Source: Eledone cirrhosa (taxonomy: Eukaryota). From it: a DNA stretch of 64,000 nucleotides. The stretch covers positions 199,020,001-199,084,000 of the forward strand of contig OZ024740.1 of assembly GCA_964016885.1 (NCBI GenBank), written 5' to 3'. Position numbers and translations under genes: made by a program. This document shows positions 50,526-64,000 of the stretch, in pieces (position 1 is the first letter of the stretch; each line of letters begins with the position of its first letter). The notes under the pieces are model-generated. The model was not told the DNA's origin. It saw only the letters and a program-made list of their open reading frames with translations, and ran no database searches.

Positions 50526-52226
50526 TATAGATATAGATAATTAATATAAATGATGATGCTCAGCCAGTTCGTCTTCAACCATCGCAGCACGCCGTCGCTG
50601 CTTGGCTCCAGTGTTTCGTTGGGTATGTTCAGCCGGCTCCTCTTCATTCATGGCGGCACGTCTTCGCCTCTGAAGTTCCGCGTTCCGATGGCGCTGTTCG
50701 GCCCGTTTTTCTTCATTGCTGGCTGCACGCCGTCGCCGCTGTAGTTCACTGCTTGATCAAGTCGAATTGCTTTTATTATCAGTATTCATTTAGAGCAATT
50801 GTCAAAAAATGACACAATAATAAATATAAAAGATGTCCGTCAATGTAAAAAAGGGTCCCTATTTACTCCCTTCACAACTCTGTATATGTTAGACCGCCAT
50901 ACAGGCACACAAACAGATAAACTGCGTGGCGATTGTGGAACGCCGAACACATACACGCATGGAAACGCGCGCACGCACACACTCCCACATGTTGATAGTT
51001 TTTACTTTCTGTGGAATGCTGCACGCACTCACACACACATAAACATACACGCACGTACACACACCCGCACACATGTTAATAGTTATTGCTTTCCTTACCC
51101 TCTTATTTCCACACACATCACACACACACACACATGTCTCTACACTGACACATATGCATAGGGTATCCAACACAGCGTTCACACTCTCCCCTCTCACACC
51201 CTCATTGGCATTATGCATATTAATTTCTGTTTGGCGTCGTTGAGGTGGGTGGAGTCGTTTGAAATCTATGAACCAATGATAATCGAGAATTATGACACAG
51301 GGAATACTGACATTGTTCAAATTAATATATAGATTAATATATAGATATCACTGGCAAAATAATGTTAACGTGATACCAAAGTTAATATTAATATTAACTA
51401 GCAATAGTAATGTTAATGGGGATACCAAAGTTAATATTCATATATTTATAGTAGGGCATAAACAAAACCGAGCGATAATGAAATATATTAGGGGAAGACT
51501 TTTAATACAACATGAATCTATGAATGATATAAATCATTTGATAAGTACGAGAGACAACTCTGTTACCAGGTTCCAGGATATTGGACCTCTTCATTGAGCT
51601 ATAGATTTCTCTCTTTTTGTCTTTGTCAATGAGACATCGGATACAATGCTTCAATGCTTCGCGGTATTCGTTAGGGCTCTCTACTATGTGAGTTCACATC
51701 ACACTGAAGTCACCTTTGCATTTCATCTTTTGAGGTCAATAAACAAATGAACGTACTGTGAGGAAATCATTTTCTATATCACTTAAACGTTTTCACATTT
51801 TATCTGGAATAAATTGTGTGTTAAAATCTGAAAAAAAGGATAAAACCCACCTGTTTCAAATGCCTGGAATATAATCATAACCTCACCCCAACGAGTGGAT
51901 CTGAATTGAAGGGCCTATGGATGGATGAATGGGTGTTCACGCCAATGCAGCAATAATATAATCATTAATTCATATTATTGTACACTGACTACTGTGGAAT
52001 AACAGATAGAATATGTTAACTCTCATACTCACGCCAACAGGTATGCAACGCCCATCAAACGAAAATAAAATAACAAATGAACATGTTGTTCAGCTAATTG
52101 ATACTAATTACATTATCCTAGACATAATTTGGATTTGAATTTAAAATTAAAAAAACAAACCAGATAAATTAAAATGACTACATGTCTAATTAACGATGTG
52201 AATACTAAATTTAGAAACTAAACGTG

Positions 52227-52306
<80 letters not shown>

Positions 52307-53277
52307 ATAAATAAAGTATCGATACAAATTATAGATACTTTGAGTGTGGGTATGGGTGAGTTTGCGTGGTGTACACACACACCTACACACACACACAATA
52401 CATACATACATACATTCACACACACAGGCCTCTGTGTGTGTGTATCTGTGTGTGTGTGTGTGTGTATACACGCACCACCATAGAAATAAATATATAATTC
52501 ACACAAGCACACACATACATCTATATATTCACTTATGTACATGCATAACCTTTTATACATCATTGTTTTGGATGCACAGTTTTTAGTTATAGTGATTCTG
52601 GAATATAGCTTCGTGGATTGTATCTTGTATTAAGTATTTGCCACTGTGTATTCCGATTTTCAATATTTCTGATGGTTGAGTACATAAGTCCTTTGAGGCT
52701 ACCCTCACCACTGATTTCAACCTGCGGAATATCTCTTAACAGTGACACAAGTGTTATTTTAGTTTTGCTTTTCATGTAGCGTTTAACCAATGATGGGAGA
52801 GGAATTTCCATTTCCTTTTCAAGGCATTCACAATTTTTAACCGACGTGAGACCTGGTACAAACACTTTTAAGGTGATATATATTTCATACATTAGAAAAC
52901 ATTGTGGGATATTTCACAAAATATCTTCGTCAAATGCAATTATACATTAAGCAACACAAACTTGTCTTAGAAGCCTCCACATACGAGGCCGTAAATATTT
53001 CACTTTTATATGTTATAAGGGAGATTTTGCAGTATAATTAGATCAAACAGGGAGTGGGGTTGGCATATCGATGTTATATTCTTTTAACTTTAATATACAT
53101 GCATCCGATGGCATCATCGATTACTACGCCCTGTTTTTGGTGTGACCGGAGATGTGTAAAGATGGTCACAACCTTAATAATTCACAGCGAAGGCCTTTAG
53201 ATCCTGTTTCATAAATATCCCGTATGCTATTCAATATATAATACGTACATTTATATGTATACCATTGTGTAGCAGCA

Positions 53278-53337
<60 letters not shown>

Positions 53338-53852
53338 TTGTGCATGTGTGCGTACATATGAGCAAAAGGCAAGAGAAATAGGATAGCAAAGGACACAGTG
53401 TAATGAAGAAATATATTCTCAGTTTTGGGCTTGATATAGTAGAAACATTTTTACCATTTCGGACGTTTGTCTTTCACCAGAAAATAGAATAAGAAATAGA
53501 AATATGGAGGAGGGTGGGCAGTAGCAGAAACGAAAAAAAATTCTTGCAGAAAAAAAGGGCCATTCATGTGGCTTTTTCTTGGAGAACTGTTGATTCTGGC
53601 GTAACCTATAAGTTGTAAATATATATGTATACGTTTGCGTGCGTCGGTTTATTGTTATATGAGGGTTCCAACAAATATGCGCTCCCCCGGGCCCCCTAGG
53701 TCTAAATCTGTCCCTAGTACTGACGGTAGTCAACACATGATTTAGAAATATCAACATAAGAAGTATTATTACATATGTAATATTTCTGACATCATGTAGT
53801 CAAAATACTTATGCCGCAGTATGTGATTATGAATTGCTGATTGAACACCATT

Positions 53853-54033
53853 GTGGATTGGCAATATCGGTAGAGAGTCGGACACCATGCTTTGAAGAAT
53901 AGAGTTACGTCCCTTTATGATCTGAGTTCAAATCCCGCCGTGGTTAACTTTGCCTTTCATCCTTACGGGGTCGATAAAATAAAGTACCAGTAATGCACTG
54001 GGTAATTGCTGGCCTTGTGCCAAAAAGTAGAAA
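53853..54033 (+). mobile_element. SINE family 1
   Basis: GTGGATTGGCAATATCGG...GAGTTCAAATCCC...AAAGTAGAAA. Confidence 0.9.
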
Positions 54034-54649
54034 GAATTATTTTACTAAGAAGAACTTACTATTGAATCCCGAAGACTCTTGTCACGGTATGTTTTCGATC
54101 TACTATGTTATTCAACCTTGAGGCGTTCTTTGATTTATTTCATCGTATGTCCCCTATTCACTAGCATTAATGAATTATATAAAGCAATGCAATTCTCCAA
54201 GTGAAAAATACGTATTCTGAACTTTGTGTCATCAAAGCAATTTCTCTCGACTGGCCCTTCAAATTGTTTCTCACGTTCAGAATAAGAAATATGTCTACTT
54301 TCGGAACCGCCTTCAATAAATCTCCTCTTCAGCAAAATACCCATTCTCGAACCATCGTATTTTAGAATCACAGTGTTAAATTGGTCAGTAAAGTTAATTG
54401 AAAAACACAAGCAAATCAATAGTGTTGGATACCGGGTCTATATTTTATTCACTTCCTCCATCCTAATTACAACTTTCATCTTCACTTATGGCAATGTTTT
54501 CTTTCCATAGCAACCTATCTGAACCCAATACGGATATTTTCAAGATTGTTTCCATTGACGGATAGGATTTGTTTGCATTATTGGAAATGTCCGAAAAACT
54601 ATTACGATAACACTTGTACTAATATATATTATTTTGTAGAATCTTACTG

Positions 54650-57047
54650 AGTTAAGGCTTTACCTAAAACGATCTCCATACAACATCTAATTTTTAAAGG
54701 CCTCGATTGCAATGCATACTAGTCAAACAAATTCTTACATTTAATTCTTATGTTTTTCATTATTTATATCAAAACATTAAATTGATACCAGCCCGTAAAT
54801 TCGAAATATATATTTTCGATATTATTTGCGTATTATTTTTATTCTAGTTTCATATAACTAACTATTTAATTGATTCTATGTAAAGCTAGCTGAGAGATTT
54901 TCTTGGGGCTTGTGAACAAATCTTTTGTTCATACCTTCAATTTACCAACCAAAAGTTCGGCCAATTTGAAAAGAAAAGTGCGGAAGAATGAAACCAACAG
55001 TAATACTTGTTTCTACTTTTGTGAGGAAAAAAGAATTTTTAATTTATCCTCTGACAAAAATATCTTCGAAGCTAACGCTAATTATTATAATAGTGCGCTA
55101 TCTAGGGCTGGATATCTAGACAAAATTAGGTATACTAAGGAAACTAATCTTGGCAGAGCCTATAGTAACTCTAGTAATGTAGCTAGTGATAATCATACCA
55201 CTAACAAAAGGAGGAGACCTAGATACAAAAATATCCTTTGGTACACCGCTCCCTTCTCACTTTCCGTTATAATAATATCCCTAAAAATATCTATTAATAT
55301 CCCTATTAATAATATCCCTAAAAATCTTCCCTCCTTCACATATATATACCAAGATATTGAATAAGCATACTATTAAATTCTCATACTCCACTACCTCGAA
55401 CATTTCTAAAATTATCTCAAGACATAATTCTAAAATATTAAAGAATAACACATATGCATCCAACCATGAGAGTCATAATAATAACACTATAAGACGTCAA
55501 TGTAAACTCTAGGCAAAATAACACAAATATAAATACGACGTCAAACATAACTTTGAGGAATACATCAAATAGTAATGTAAATCTAGAAACTTTAGCACCT
55601 CATTTAGTAAATCCACCACTCCGGTTCCTAATATAATTAACCCTGGGCCACTTGCCAATAACACTGTAAATATTCTTAATCGTAAATGCAACTGCCCTAT
55701 TAGAACTAATTGTCCTATTAGTAATTTCTGTCTCGATAAAGACCTAGTATATGAATGTAAAGTGGTAACCAATACCTATACCTACATTGGCTCTACTTCT
55801 ACCTCTTTTAAAGCAAGATTTTATAATCATTCTTCTTCATTTAAATATCCACTTAAAAGGACCAGCACCGCACTCTCAGAGCTTATTTGTTCCTTAAAAG
55901 ACAAAAACATTAATTACGAAATTTCTTGGCGTAAAATCTACAACACATCTCCATACACCGATGCTTCTTTATCTAGTGTTTGTAATTTATGTCTAGTTGA
56001 ACAATTTAGCATTATCTCGAATTTCAACTCTATAATAAATGGAAGAACAGATTTATTCGGTCTTTGCAATCATAAATTCTTCAAGACCTTTCACAAAGTA
56101 TATAGCTAATATCCTGTAACTTTTCCCACGAATAACGGTTAATTTTTTACACATATTTTTTTACATATATATTATTTTTACATATATATATTTGTTTATA
56201 TATTTTGTTACACATATATTTTTTTACACATATTTCATTATATTCTACAATGTATTAATTTTCTCAGCATATTTTAAGCCTTTGACCTTTTTTCGATAGC
56301 CTTAAATTTTCGCTCAAACCTTCGTAGATTTTGTAAATAAACTATGACGCCATATGTTTTTTCTACGTTTATAAACCTTTATTTACTTGTTGATATTAAA
56401 TAATAATTAAATAGTATACCCCACATATATGGATTTTTAATAGAAATTTTTAATTTTGACAAAGATAGACTATTTTTATTTTTTATTTTATTTTTATTTA
56501 TTTTATATAAAAATCTTTTTTTATACTTATTTTAATTTAATTTAATTTTATTTTATTAATACATTTTTACACTTCTTAATCCAAGTTTTAGTATTTAAAC
56601 CCAATATATAATAATATACCCAGTTTCTATATTTTAGACCTCTAACATTTGAATGCCATCTATAATATTCGCACATACACCTCATCAATTTACTTTTTAA
56701 CCGTTATCTACAGCTGTTTTCATTTTGAATGCGTTCCTGAACAAAAGTCTCTCTCTCACTTATTTTCTTTCTCTCTGTTCCTTTTTTATTTTTTATTTTT
56801 TCTCTCCTCACTTTCTTTTTCCTTTTTCTCCTTCTTTTCTTTTTTTCTATTTTCCTGTCTTTTTCTTACTATTATATTTTCTGTCATAAGTAGGTTTTGC
56901 ACTTTCTTGTTGACAAGTGTTTTTAGGCCTCATATCATGTTACCTTATTTTATCTGATGAGTACACAATTTTTGTCCCAGGATAATGTTGTTTTCGAAAT
57001 GCGCATAATAAAATATATGGAACTTCTTTAACCGTCTTTTAATTTCT

Positions 57048-57050
<3 letters not shown>
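54650..57050 (+). mobile_element. 5'-truncated Penelope-like element (related to 47918-49725)
   Basis: NLSSDKNIF...YYNSALSRAGY...RRRPRYKNILWYTAPFSLSV; KCNC...CP..NFCL..LVYECKV..YIGSTSTSFKARFYNH...CNLCLVEQ...INGRTDLFGLCNH; HHR near end; 3' (TA)n; left boundary uncertain. Confidence 0.88.
56946..57014 (+). ncRNA. Hammerhead in Penelope pLTR
   Basis: TATTTTAT-CTGATGA-G...C-GAAA-TGCGCA-TA-ATAAAATA. Confidence 0.8.
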
Positions 57051-57133
<83 letters not shown>

Positions 57134-57396
57134 CGTATATACATATATATATATATAATGTATATATATTTATATATGTATAGAATATCTTAGTATCGTG
57201 AGAGAGTGGAGGTTTAAAGGGATAAGCGATACATAGAGTTAGTTGCCAAAAGGTGGTGCATTTGTGCTCAATACTTGTGCCTACAGGTTTAAATATCGGA
57301 AGCGTTAATATTTAACGGGCGACAATATAAGCAGAACGGTTACAAATGGAAGGATTAGAAAGGAGAATATATACTGTTAGGACATGTTTATACAAA

Positions 57397-57439
57397 AGCA
57401 CCTACGTACATTTCGCCCGTAAAGGGTTTCTCAAGGGCT
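57397..57439 (-). ncRNA. Hammerhead, U3-A8 core variant
   Basis: Minus strand GCCC-TTGAGAA-ACCC(TTTAC)GGGC-GAAA-TGTACG-TA-GGTGC. Confidence 0.7.
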
Positions 57440-59180
57440 TACAAATCTAGAGAGTGTTCAGTACGGGACACGGGGGGGGGGGTGTGATAAACACATCACA
57501 GTTCATTCTTAGTTCAAACAGGCATGCTGTTATTGCCACAGAGCTGGGGGGAGTAACACTGGCCGGTGTTTTAATAAATGTCCCCAAATGGCTTATCCGT
57601 TCACATGATGGTTGTTTTCCATTAATATTTTATGGGTGCTACTTTTCTATTGTCCATTCGGGCCGTGTCTGAGAGGCATAGTCGGTGTACATATGTTTAT
57701 TTGTGCAACCTACTCAACGGTGCGTTGTGGTTTGGTGCAGGGGGACCCAGTTCATGGTGTTCGCGTCTCAACCGGGTTCCAACTAAAGAAAGACTGCTGT
57801 GTTATGTGTCTGTAGTTTATCACCGATTCTGCTCTGCTGTTGATGAGCTCCAGGGGGGCTCTTACGAATATGGTAAAGTTCCACGAGGCACAGCTCGCAT
57901 TTCCTCTTGAAGTTGTACGGTGTTGCCCTGCTGACAATTTCCCAGTGTGTGGAGAAGCTGATGTTGGAGTCTTTTAATGTTGTGATGTAATTGGCAAGTG
58001 TCGTGGAGTATCTTAGTTTCTTGTTTCTAAAAGAGTGGAGATGTGTTCGAAATCTAGTTTTGAACGAGCCAGAGATGGCCTCTATATAATGCTTAACGCT
58101 ATTATGGCTAGTTACGGTCCACCTATAAATAACATTATCTGTCAGGCACCTTCCCCTGAGCGGGCAGCCTCCCCGATCTCGACGGTTGCATTGTCGGTCG
58201 CGGTGGCCCCTAATGCCGAAGTAAGGCTATTACTTTCGCTACCTATGTTGTTATCCACGCCATCGCTTCTATCTCTGTAGTTAGTACTATTATATACTAC
58301 GGCATGGGGTTAGTACCATTATTACTCCGCAAGCCACAGCGCCTTCTATTGCCGCCTGGTGACCCGTACAGGTCACCAGCATACTCCCCAGTCTCGCCGC
58401 GGTTATGTTGGTTGCGTCTGTTGGATCTGCCACCAACACTATCGGGTGCTGCTAGGGAAACGTTAAGGCTATTAGGGTTGCTGTCAAGTCTAGACCTATC
58501 GGTGCTATGGTGCTGTGTTTTTGTGATCTTACTGTAATTAGTCCTCCCTATGATATCTGCTAGATTAGGTGTAGTGGAGAAGAATATTTTAATATTGTTC
58601 TTATTGAGGTTTTTCCTGTATTTATGTTTGGGTGGAAAGTTCTTCTCTAAGGCTTCGAATAATATCCTAGGTAGGTCAGAGGCCACACTCCAAGAGTAGG
58701 GAGATGGAACCATAGGACATTACGTTGGCGATTACGCGTAGCTGTGGGCTTGCTACGGGTCGAGTTGGCTAGGTAACCTTTCTTATCGTTGCTAATGTTC
58801 TGTAGCCTATTGCTTGTCCCCTTCGCTTTATGTTCGGGTGCACGCACCTTCCTTCCGCTACGTTTACATATAGCTAAACACTGGTTAGAGGGTGTAGGTA
58901 ATAGGCCATCACCCAAGATTAACAATAGCGATGGCCTATTACCTACACCCTCTAACCATGCCTCTCAGACACGGCCCGAATGGACAATAGAAAAGTAATG
59001 GAAAACAACCACCATGTGAACGGATAAGCCATTTGGGGACATTTATTAAAACACCGGTCAGAGTTACTCCCCCAGCTCTGTGGCAATAACAGTATGCCTG
59101 TTTGAACTAAGAATGAACTTTGATGTTTACCACCCTAAATCCCCTCCTGGGTCTCGTACTGAACACTCTCTAGATTTGTA

Positions 59181-59222
59181 TGGCCTTGAGAAGCCTTTTT
59201 CGGGCGAAACGTCCGTAGGTAC
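59181..59222 (+). ncRNA. Hammerhead, U3-A8 core variant (inverted copy)
   Basis: GCC-TTGAGAA-GCCT(TTTTC)GGGC-GAAA-CGTCCG-TA-GGT; consensus stem III ACGTACGT. Confidence 0.7.
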
Positions 59223-59317
59223 TTTTGTATAAACATGTTCGAACAGTATATATTCTCCTTTGTAATCCTTCCATGTATATATATATATATAATATATATA
59301 TGACCCAATAATTTAAT

Positions 59318-59927
59318 TTAGTTATTGCTCGCACTGATTTTGAGGTATCTGGTCTTTAATGCGAAGAAATACCAATGATAGTCAGTAGACCACTGATGAT
59401 GGACAGTCCCATTCCTCGTTCTATTTGGATTCATATGTATCACACTCGCAACAACGCAGCACACCATTTTATCAATCTTGTATAATATTTTTCCCCTAGC
59501 TGTGGTTTGTCTTTTTTCTATCACCTTACTGCTATCGTCTTTCTCTCTCCCCCTTCTCTCTTCTTGTACCTCTCTCACTCACTATCTGCTACTCCCCCTC
59601 GCTCACTTCCTCCCGTCTGACCTGTGTGAAATCCTTTTCTCTCTCAACTTTCGCGTGGTTCGGACGTGTCTGCCTCTTCTCGTCGATTGATTTCTTCGGA
59701 CTTAAGTCCACAAGTATCATTGACTTGTCTCTCGTCTCCTCTCTTTACGTTGCATTACTACCATGTTGTTTGTTTACTTTCCCCATCCAATTCGCTCTGT
59801 CGCATTGACTTATTTTAGTTATTGCTCGCACTGATTTTGAGGTATCTGGTCATTAATGCGAAGAAATACTAATGACAGTCAGCAGACCACTGATGATGGA
59901 CAGTCCAATTTCTCGGTTTATTTTCAT

Positions 59928-59930
<3 letters not shown>
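59318..59930. repeat. (TA)n-flanked insert with ~115-bp terminal direct repeats (period ~498)
   Basis: TTTAGTTATTGCTCGCACTGATTTTGAGG...CTGATGATGGACAGTCC at 59318 and 59815. Confidence 0.8.
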
Positions 59931-60450
<520 letters not shown>

Positions 60451-60698
60451 TATTTTCAAAAAGACACAGTGAGGGATCCTCCAGATTTGCATATTAGCAG
60501 ACTGGCTGATCAGTCAGGTCTGCATATTAGCAGATCCACTGATCAGCCTGATTTGCATATCTGCAGACCTAATTTAATATGCAGATTTGACTAATCAGCC
60601 AGTCTGCTAATATGCAAATCAGGCCGATCAGTCATGTGTAATTTTGAAAATAACATATATTTTCACTAGCTCTGACAGTTTGGCAGGTGAACAGTGAT

Positions 60699-60742
60699 TT
60701 GTACTGATGAAGTGTGACATCCAGAAACATTAGTGTCTGCAG
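60699..60742 (+). ncRNA. Hammerhead, copy 1 (stem II decayed)
   Basis: TTGTA-CTGATGA-AGTGTGACATCCA-GAAA-CATTAGTG-TC-TGCAG. Confidence 0.7.
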
Positions 60743-61127
60743 TTCTGGTCGCATGCCAAAACAAGAACAAGAATGAAGTGTTCATTCTACTGCTATAAAA
60801 TTGAGGCTTGCTTGCATAATTGCAAACGAATCGAATGTTATTAATATTCGAAAAACTCAGATTACATTTATTGTATTCAGCCATATAGACCGAAACTCTC
60901 TTTTTTATTTGAATTTGACAAAGCCGGCCATTTATCGCTCGTATACAGGAAACTGACTGCCTAGTCTGCTGACATGCACATCTGGTTGATCAGTGGATCT
61001 GCTAATATGCAGATCTGACTGATCAGCCAGTCTGCTAATATGCACATCAGGCCGATCAGTCACTGTGTATTTTTGAAAATAGCATATATTTTCACTAGCT
61101 CTGACAGTTTGGCAGGTGAACTGTGAG

Positions 61128-61171
61128 CTGTACTGATGAAGGGTAATACCCTGAAACATTAGTTTCTGCAA
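61128..61171 (+). ncRNA. Hammerhead, copy 2 (stem II intact, stem III mutated)
   Basis: CTGTA-CTGATGA-AGGG(TAATA)CCCT-GAAA-CATTAGTT-TC-TGCAA. Confidence 0.75.
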
Positions 61172-61315
61172 TTCTGTTCGCATGCCAAAATAAGAGCAAG
61201 AATGAAGTGTTCATTTTACTGACATGGCTATAAAATTGAGGCATGTTTGTATAATTGCAAAGGAATCGAATGTTATCAATATTCGAAAATCTCAGATTAC
61301 ATGTATACATATATA

Positions 61316-61379
<64 letters not shown>

Positions 61380-63557
61380 CAGATGCATGTGTGAATGTGT
61401 GTGTGTATGTGTGTATTCAAGGCTCATTTTAATTGTGTTTGTATTCAGTGTTAACACACCTCAGGCGACACAGGATCGATAGTAACACATTCCGTAACAT
61501 CTCGTATAGACTCACGTTCTAATAAATATTATTCTACTCTACATAACGATTATAAATATCTTTTCTATACTTTGCAATTCACTTCAGATTGAACACATAA
61601 TCACATTATATATGAACTGGTTATTTATAAGTATATATATGCTTCTATCTACTACATGTTATAGTATGATCTTATAAGAATAGCATTTTATTACTTAAAT
61701 TACTTACTTTTGTTTTCATGTATTATTTTTAGGTTTTGGACTGCATGGAATTAGTTTACTGAATAGCAATTTTTAATGAATTGTTTCTACCGCTTTGTTG
61801 ATACTTCCTTGAATGTGAGCGGTTTTTCTAGAACTTACTAAGGCAATTACGAATTTAATGAAACGCCTGTTTTCAAATAAAATGTTATTTCTATCAACCT
61901 CATCACTCAAAATAACGACAAAGCTGAAGACAGAGAATCAATCTTATTGAATTTGCGTTTCTACAAATTGCCATGAGCTACGCCAAAGTTAAAAAAATAT
62001 ATAAATTCGATGAATAGTAACAATTTGAAAAGAGGAATAAGAATAATAGCACAAAGAAATTCAAAACAATTAAATCTAATTTAACCAATTCCTTGCATAC
62101 AGAGATTGCATATAAGTAAATAAGTTTATACTAATTTCTAATTCACCGTGTGTATAAGATTTGCGTGTCTCTGTTACATCTCTCATGAAAACTCATTTAA
62201 TTTAAGTTCCAAAACTATTTTTATGCATCTTCATGAAATATTCATGTCTCAATGGAATGATTGGAGTCAGTTTTATATTTTATCTATATTTTTTCTCTGT
62301 GCTTACTGATTATTTTCATGCGTCATGGCTATTGCTTCCCTCAATAATCCTCTTAGTTAAGTGTTGTCGGCTTTTGTTTTCCTGTCTGTTTTATGTCGTA
62401 TGTTATAGTGTATTTTGTGGCAGTTGGTTGACCATGGTCAGTTGGTGGCATGATGTCGTAATTGCTGCGCTATTATGACAGTTAGCAGTAAGATATTTCA
62501 AGCATGCTTTCGAATTTATAACCCAAACCTGCCACCAGAAGCTTCTTCGCGGCTTTACATGCTTAAGGTTTGTTAATGATAAAACATTTTAAATTTTAGT
62601 TTTCTTGTAATATATACTATCCTCCGGGGAAACGCGCCTTCTCCATTCTGTCCGCCGGGGCTGTGTGCGTGTGTGTGTGTGTGTGTGGGGGGGGGGGGGC
62701 AGCATGTGGGACCCCATTTTACCACCATACGGAGAGATGGGCAGGGACAGAGAGATGGAGGCGATGACAGTGGGAGTTCGGCTGTTCTTTCATGTTTGCT
62801 TATGCTACAATTGCATTGTGATAGAAGCTGTGATAAGATGAGATATATACTTATTGTCATGTCTTGCTTTGTTGCAATTCATTTTGTATTCAGTTTGTTC
62901 GTGTTTTTCATAATGTATTCAACTATTTTATTTTTATTATACATTGATACGCATAATACATTTTTTCAGGATATATATGTAAAGTTCTGTGGTAGCATTG
63001 TTCTATGGAGGTCTATTCCCTTTTAGCATACCCATCATCTAATTATGTATTTTATCAGCAAATTTATTTCTCTTTGGGCTTTGGTGTTTCCATGTAAGTG
63101 TACATATCTCCTTTTGGCTTTATTATTTATAACCGTAAATTTAGAAACAGAAACATCGTTCAGTGGAATTATATTTATAGGAGGATTATTTGTAATATTC
63201 AAAATGTCGATATTTAATACAGAGTTGTTTTCTAGGAGGTTCTTTCAGTTAACATCGTCACAGGCGTTTCTATTACTATTATTATATTATGGTTATACAT
63301 ATTGTATACTATATCAATATATGTACATATCAGATTGTTATGATCTTGAAGAACACAGCAAAACATGTGCCAAAATAACGAAACATCGGATAATCAATAT
63401 AATTTGCCTGTAAACGGCTGAGCGTACTTCTGTTTTACAGCACTGATATGTTCCGATTATTAACCTTTAGTGCAGGTAGGTTTATTTTTAGGTTTTTCAA
63501 TCTATTACATAAAATCAGTTGTACATGCCGTGGAAGCAATTGTGTGTGTGTGTGTGT

Positions 63558-63588
<31 letters not shown>

Positions 63589-63595
63589 AGTGTGT

Positions 63596-63810
63596 GAGGC
63601 GTGTGGCTGAATGGTTAGAGAATTGGATTCGCAATCGTCAGGTTGCGAGTTCGATTCCCGGACCGGGCGGTGCGTAATGTCCAGGAGCAAGACACTTTAC
63701 TTCACGTTGCTCCTTCTACCTGGAGTTGCGACCGATAGAGAGTTCTAGCAATTAGAAAGACCATTGAAAACATCGTTTCCTTGGTCCGATTTGACAAAAG
63801 TCTATCGAAA
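63596..63810 (+). mobile_element. tRNA-derived SINE, family 2
   Basis: A box TGGCTGAATGG, B box GAGTTCGATTCC, then GAGCAAGACACTTTAC central domain; homologous to 12337-12560. Confidence 0.88.
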
Positions 63811-64000
63811 ATGTCGATATATATATATATATATATTTATTTATATACATAAATAAATAAATTGACGGAGTTATAAACTCGCGTTGGTCCTGTAATTTAT
63901 GAGCTCAAAGGAAAGAGAATCCTGGCCTCTTCAAATACAATATATAAAAAAAACATAATACACGAGTGTGTGTTTATCAATGTACAGGGAAAACCACCAG

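Larger units (their letters stand above)
57182..59275 (-). mobile_element. 5'-truncated Penelope-like element with inverted pLTR at its 5' end
   Basis: RNRQRNVLW/PSPYSWSV...EKNFPPKHKYRKNLNKNNIKIFFSTTPNLADII; WEIVSRATPYNFKRKCELCL...LINSRAE; 58960-59275 inverts 57345-57680; (TA)n flanks. Confidence 0.85.

Noticed and set aside
50850-50884. Tc1/mariner-like TIR end (GGGTCCCTATTTACTCCCTTCACAACTCTGTA)
   Set aside because: No partner TIR or transposase found in the window
52587-54600. Short non-repetitive ORFs (52587-52892, 54135-54419) as exons
   Set aside because: No recognisable motifs or supportable splice structure
63596-63670. tRNA gene
   Set aside because: tRNA-like head runs into a SINE body shared with 12337; no proper acceptor stem or terminator

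Overview
AT-rich, microsatellite-laden, repeat-dominated eukaryotic (invertebrate animal) DNA. The dominant tRNA-derived SINE resembles one I recall from octopus genomes; that attribution is inference only. There is one plausible host gene: a single-exon 174-aa protein with two TM helices and PY motifs at 41102-41626 (-). Everything else recognisable is transposon-derived: two R4/Dong-clade LINEs at (TAA)n, a Tx1/L1-clade LINE (ORF1 and ORF2 separated by a hAT remnant and a 40-bp minisatellite), several Penelope-like (GIY-YIG) fragments, mariner, hAT and Helitron remnants, and two SINE families. The main hidden signal is RNA-level. I read about 23 type I hammerhead ribozyme (HHR) motifs from about 11 sequence families, most with palindromic stem III. 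They mostly sit in (TA)n-flanked insertions, many carrying an inverted copy of part of themselves at the 5' end. The most striking is a 6.3 x 540-bp non-coding tandem array (42911-46325) with one HHR per unit, strict A/B alternation of units, and a 5' end 14 nt from the predicted cleavage site. This is a candidate retrozyme/circular-RNA system mobilised by Penelope-like elements. All motifs were read by eye; no folding or database search was run.
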